In this document: in pieces, positions 61,936-64,000 of the stretch
Numbering within the stretch: the stretch's first letter is position 1
Layout: each line of letters opens with the position of its first letter
Origin: Lophium mytilinum
Taxonomy: Eukaryota
NCBI GenBank assembly: GCA_010093605.1
Contig: MU004197.1
Span: 186,001-250,000 of the forward strand
Direction of reading: 5' to 3'
Length of the DNA: 64,000 bases
The notes under the pieces: generated by a model
What the model saw: only the letters and a program-made list of their open reading frames with translations
What the model was told of the DNA's origin: nothing
The model's database searches: none
Made by a program: the position numbers and the translations under genes

Positions 61936-63561
61936 CTAACCTTCATAAACCGAAAGATATGAGCCTTCTGCGCCAGAGCCACCATCGAGCTCTTCATAGT
62001 CGTCGCGCAACGGACATTCATAAGCCGAGAGATATGAGCCTTCTGCGCCAGAGCCGCCGTCTAGCTCTTCATAGTCGTCGAAATCTGGCTCGTCATAGTC
62101 GTCGATGAAACGAGAGCCGTTGAGGCTCAAGCCCTCGAGTCTTGGCAGTTCAAGTTCCGTCCTCAATGCTGATGACTTTTCGCGGAACGGGAATTCGCCT
62201 CCTTTCATCAGGTAGTCTATCACCGGAAGATTCAAGCCGGTCTTATGTTCCACTGGTTGAGCTTCGCCATATTGCCCTAGCTGAACAAATGGAAACCGCC
62301 AATCATACATATCGCCATGGATTTGACCCTCGTCCAGATCGACGGTATAAGCGATCAGCGTTCCACGGACGGTAACTCGCTGCAATTGGCTGGATGCGAT
62401 CCATTCGCGGAATTCCGGAAGCGCAGTGAGCCAAGAGCCCCCGTCGAGAGCCACTCTCTCGAGATCAAGGAATTTGAGGCTCGAGTCATGGTCCTTGAGG
62501 AATCCAAGAAGAGCATCAAATTTGATCGCAATCCAAGCGAGTGAGAGATGTTGTAATCTTGGCCAATTGATCGTCATTCCATCGTTACTTAGTTGCAGAT
62601 CTTCCAGGACCTGACCAAAGTCGCACATGAAACTGGCTTCATATGACGAAGTCGTCTGTTCTGATTTCCGAGCAAGCGTCAAGGATTGAAGATTGGGCAA
62701 TACTCTGAGAGTGTTGATCGTGCTGTTTTGGTCATCCCGATTCTCGGAGAGATCGAAGCGGATACTGGTGAAATTGTTGAGGGCCCACTGCCACATGAAG
62801 CGGCCCATATTCTCATTGCCAAACAACCAGCAGAATCCCCAAACGGAAAACCGGCGATAGGCGACGTCCGTCCACAGGGCCTCTACTTGCTTGAGCTTGA
62901 CGCCAGCAGCGAAACAAGCCATGTACACTGCGTTGAAGAAAGTTGAACCTTCCCCATAGCGATTAGGAGTCTCCGAAAACTTGATGGACTCGAGAGCCGC
63001 CATTCGCTTCATCAGGGAGACAAGATTTTCGAGTTGATCCACCTCCGGTGGGTAATTTTCCCGATCAGTTGCCGCCAAGTATTCATAATGTTGGTAGTAC
63101 GGGGAGGACGGATCGCCCTCAGCTCGTTCCAGCAGCATCTCTCGCTCCACTTGCCGTTCCGCACCCCGAATGAATGACGAATCCAATTCCTGCCGCATCT
63201 CCCGCTCATAGTATCGGTTCATGGAATGAATGAAACCCACAGGCGAGTGCAGCGCGGATTCCCAGTCGATATCATGGGCTGCTCCGGACGGACAAAGGTC
63301 ATGTTCGGCTACGCAATCGAGAGACTTGATGTATTTCGCACAGTGTGGACCTTTGGTGAGCAACGTATGCAACCGCGTATAGCTGGATATGGTAGGTCTC
63401 AGGTATGCTTCCGAGAAGAGGTGTGGAATCGCAATCTCGTTGTACGTTTTTGATGCAAGCCGGAACGACTTTAGCGTAGGGACATCAAGATAGTTGCAGA
63501 CAGTGTGAAGCAACTCTGGTGGTAGGCTTGGAATAGGCCCATTCTGCTGGATATCGTCCAT
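61936..63561 (-). CDS. F-box-like / LRR-like protein, family A copy 6
   Basis: 541-aa ORF; LPPELLHTVCNYLDVPTLKSFRL..HLFSE; VIDYLMKGGEFP. Confidence 0.88.
   Translation of the reverse strand: MDDIQQNGPIPSLPPELLHTVCNYLDVPTLKSFRLASKTYNEIAIPHLFSEAYLRPTISSYTRLHTLLTKGPHCAKYIKSLDCVAEHDLCPSGAAHDIDWESALHSPVGFIHSMNRYYEREMRQELDSSFIRGAERQVEREMLLERAEGDPSSPYYQHYEYLAATDRENYPPEVDQLENLVSLMKRMAALESIKFSETPNRYGEGSTFFNAVYMACFAAGVKLKQVEALWTDVAYRRFSVWGFCWLFGNENMGRFMWQWALNNFTSIRFDLSENRDDQNSTINTLRVLPNLQSLTLARKSEQTTSSYEASFMCDFGQVLEDLQLSNDGMTINWPRLQHLSLAWIAIKFDALLGFLKDHDSSLKFLDLERVALDGGSWLTALPEFREWIASSQLQRVTVRGTLIAYTVDLDEGQIHGDMYDWRFPFVQLGQYGEAQPVEHKTGLNLPVIDYLMKGGEFPFREKSSALRTELELPRLEGLSLNGSRFIDDYDEPDFDDYEELDGGSGAEGSYLSAYECPLRDDYEELDGGSGAEGSYLSVYEG
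61941..62080 (-). repeat. 75-bp coding tandem duplication in the A6 acidic tail
   Basis: DDYEELDGGSGAEGSYLS occurs twice, 25 codons apart. Confidence 0.9.
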
Positions 63562-64000
63562 GCCGGAGAACTGGAGGACTGGAGGACCGGAGGCGCGATT
63601 GAGGCGGGAGAGTGGGGCTCAAAGATAGGCTGCTTGTGTTGTGGCTTGGTTGAAGGTAGTGGTTGTGAGGTGATGTGGTGGGTGGTGTTGATGAGAGTGT
63701 GGTGGTGCGAAGCTAGAGGGACTTGACTGTCAAAGAGGCGCACTTTGATTAGAAGCTGAACGGAAAGTGGAAGCACTCATGGTATTCACCGACACGGGCG
63801 ACAAGGCCCGACCTTCTGAGCGAAGACGAAGATACTCAGCATCAGGAACGCCGTATATTCCTACTTGCTACTCGTTATCATGGCAGATTGAATATATATG
63901 TAGTGTAGAATTTAGAAGTCCTCAGCCCAACTTTCAGCTCCTGCACTACTCGCTCCCGTTTGCCGTTCGCTAGTGATATTCGCTCTCTGATTCTCAACTC

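Noticed and set aside
1..64000. Window as part of a Starship or other giant mobile element
   Set aside because: No tyrosine-recombinase captain or element boundary is visible here. It cannot be excluded beyond the window, but nothing inside supports it.

Overview
Fungal (filamentous ascomycete-type) genomic DNA, judged by short GT-AG introns with CTRAC branch sites and a RIP mutation signature. 1-3.6 kb: a 5'-truncated large protein built from repeated helical modules. 4.1-17.3 kb: an AT-rich, RIP-degraded three-level transposon nest. A Mutator/MULE element (~100-bp TIRs, 8-bp TSD) contains a Ty3/Gypsy chromovirus (217-bp LTRs, 5-bp TSD), which contains a second MULE. 17.5-63.6 kb: 13 divergent F-box-like genes of two families (A: F-box + LRR-like, 6 copies; B: 'FPFLxLPxELRxxIY' type, 7 copies) lie in mirror symmetry (A>A>A>A> <B<B<B [cluster] B>B>B>B> ... 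<A<A) around a three-gene polyketide cluster (FSH1/LovG-type hydrolase, DHA2 MFS transporter, highly reducing PKS). A free-standing AlaX-type tRNA editing gene and a GNAT gene sit in the right arm. The two F-box families share non-coding promoter and 3' elements. All calls are by eye from sequence motifs; no database searches were run.
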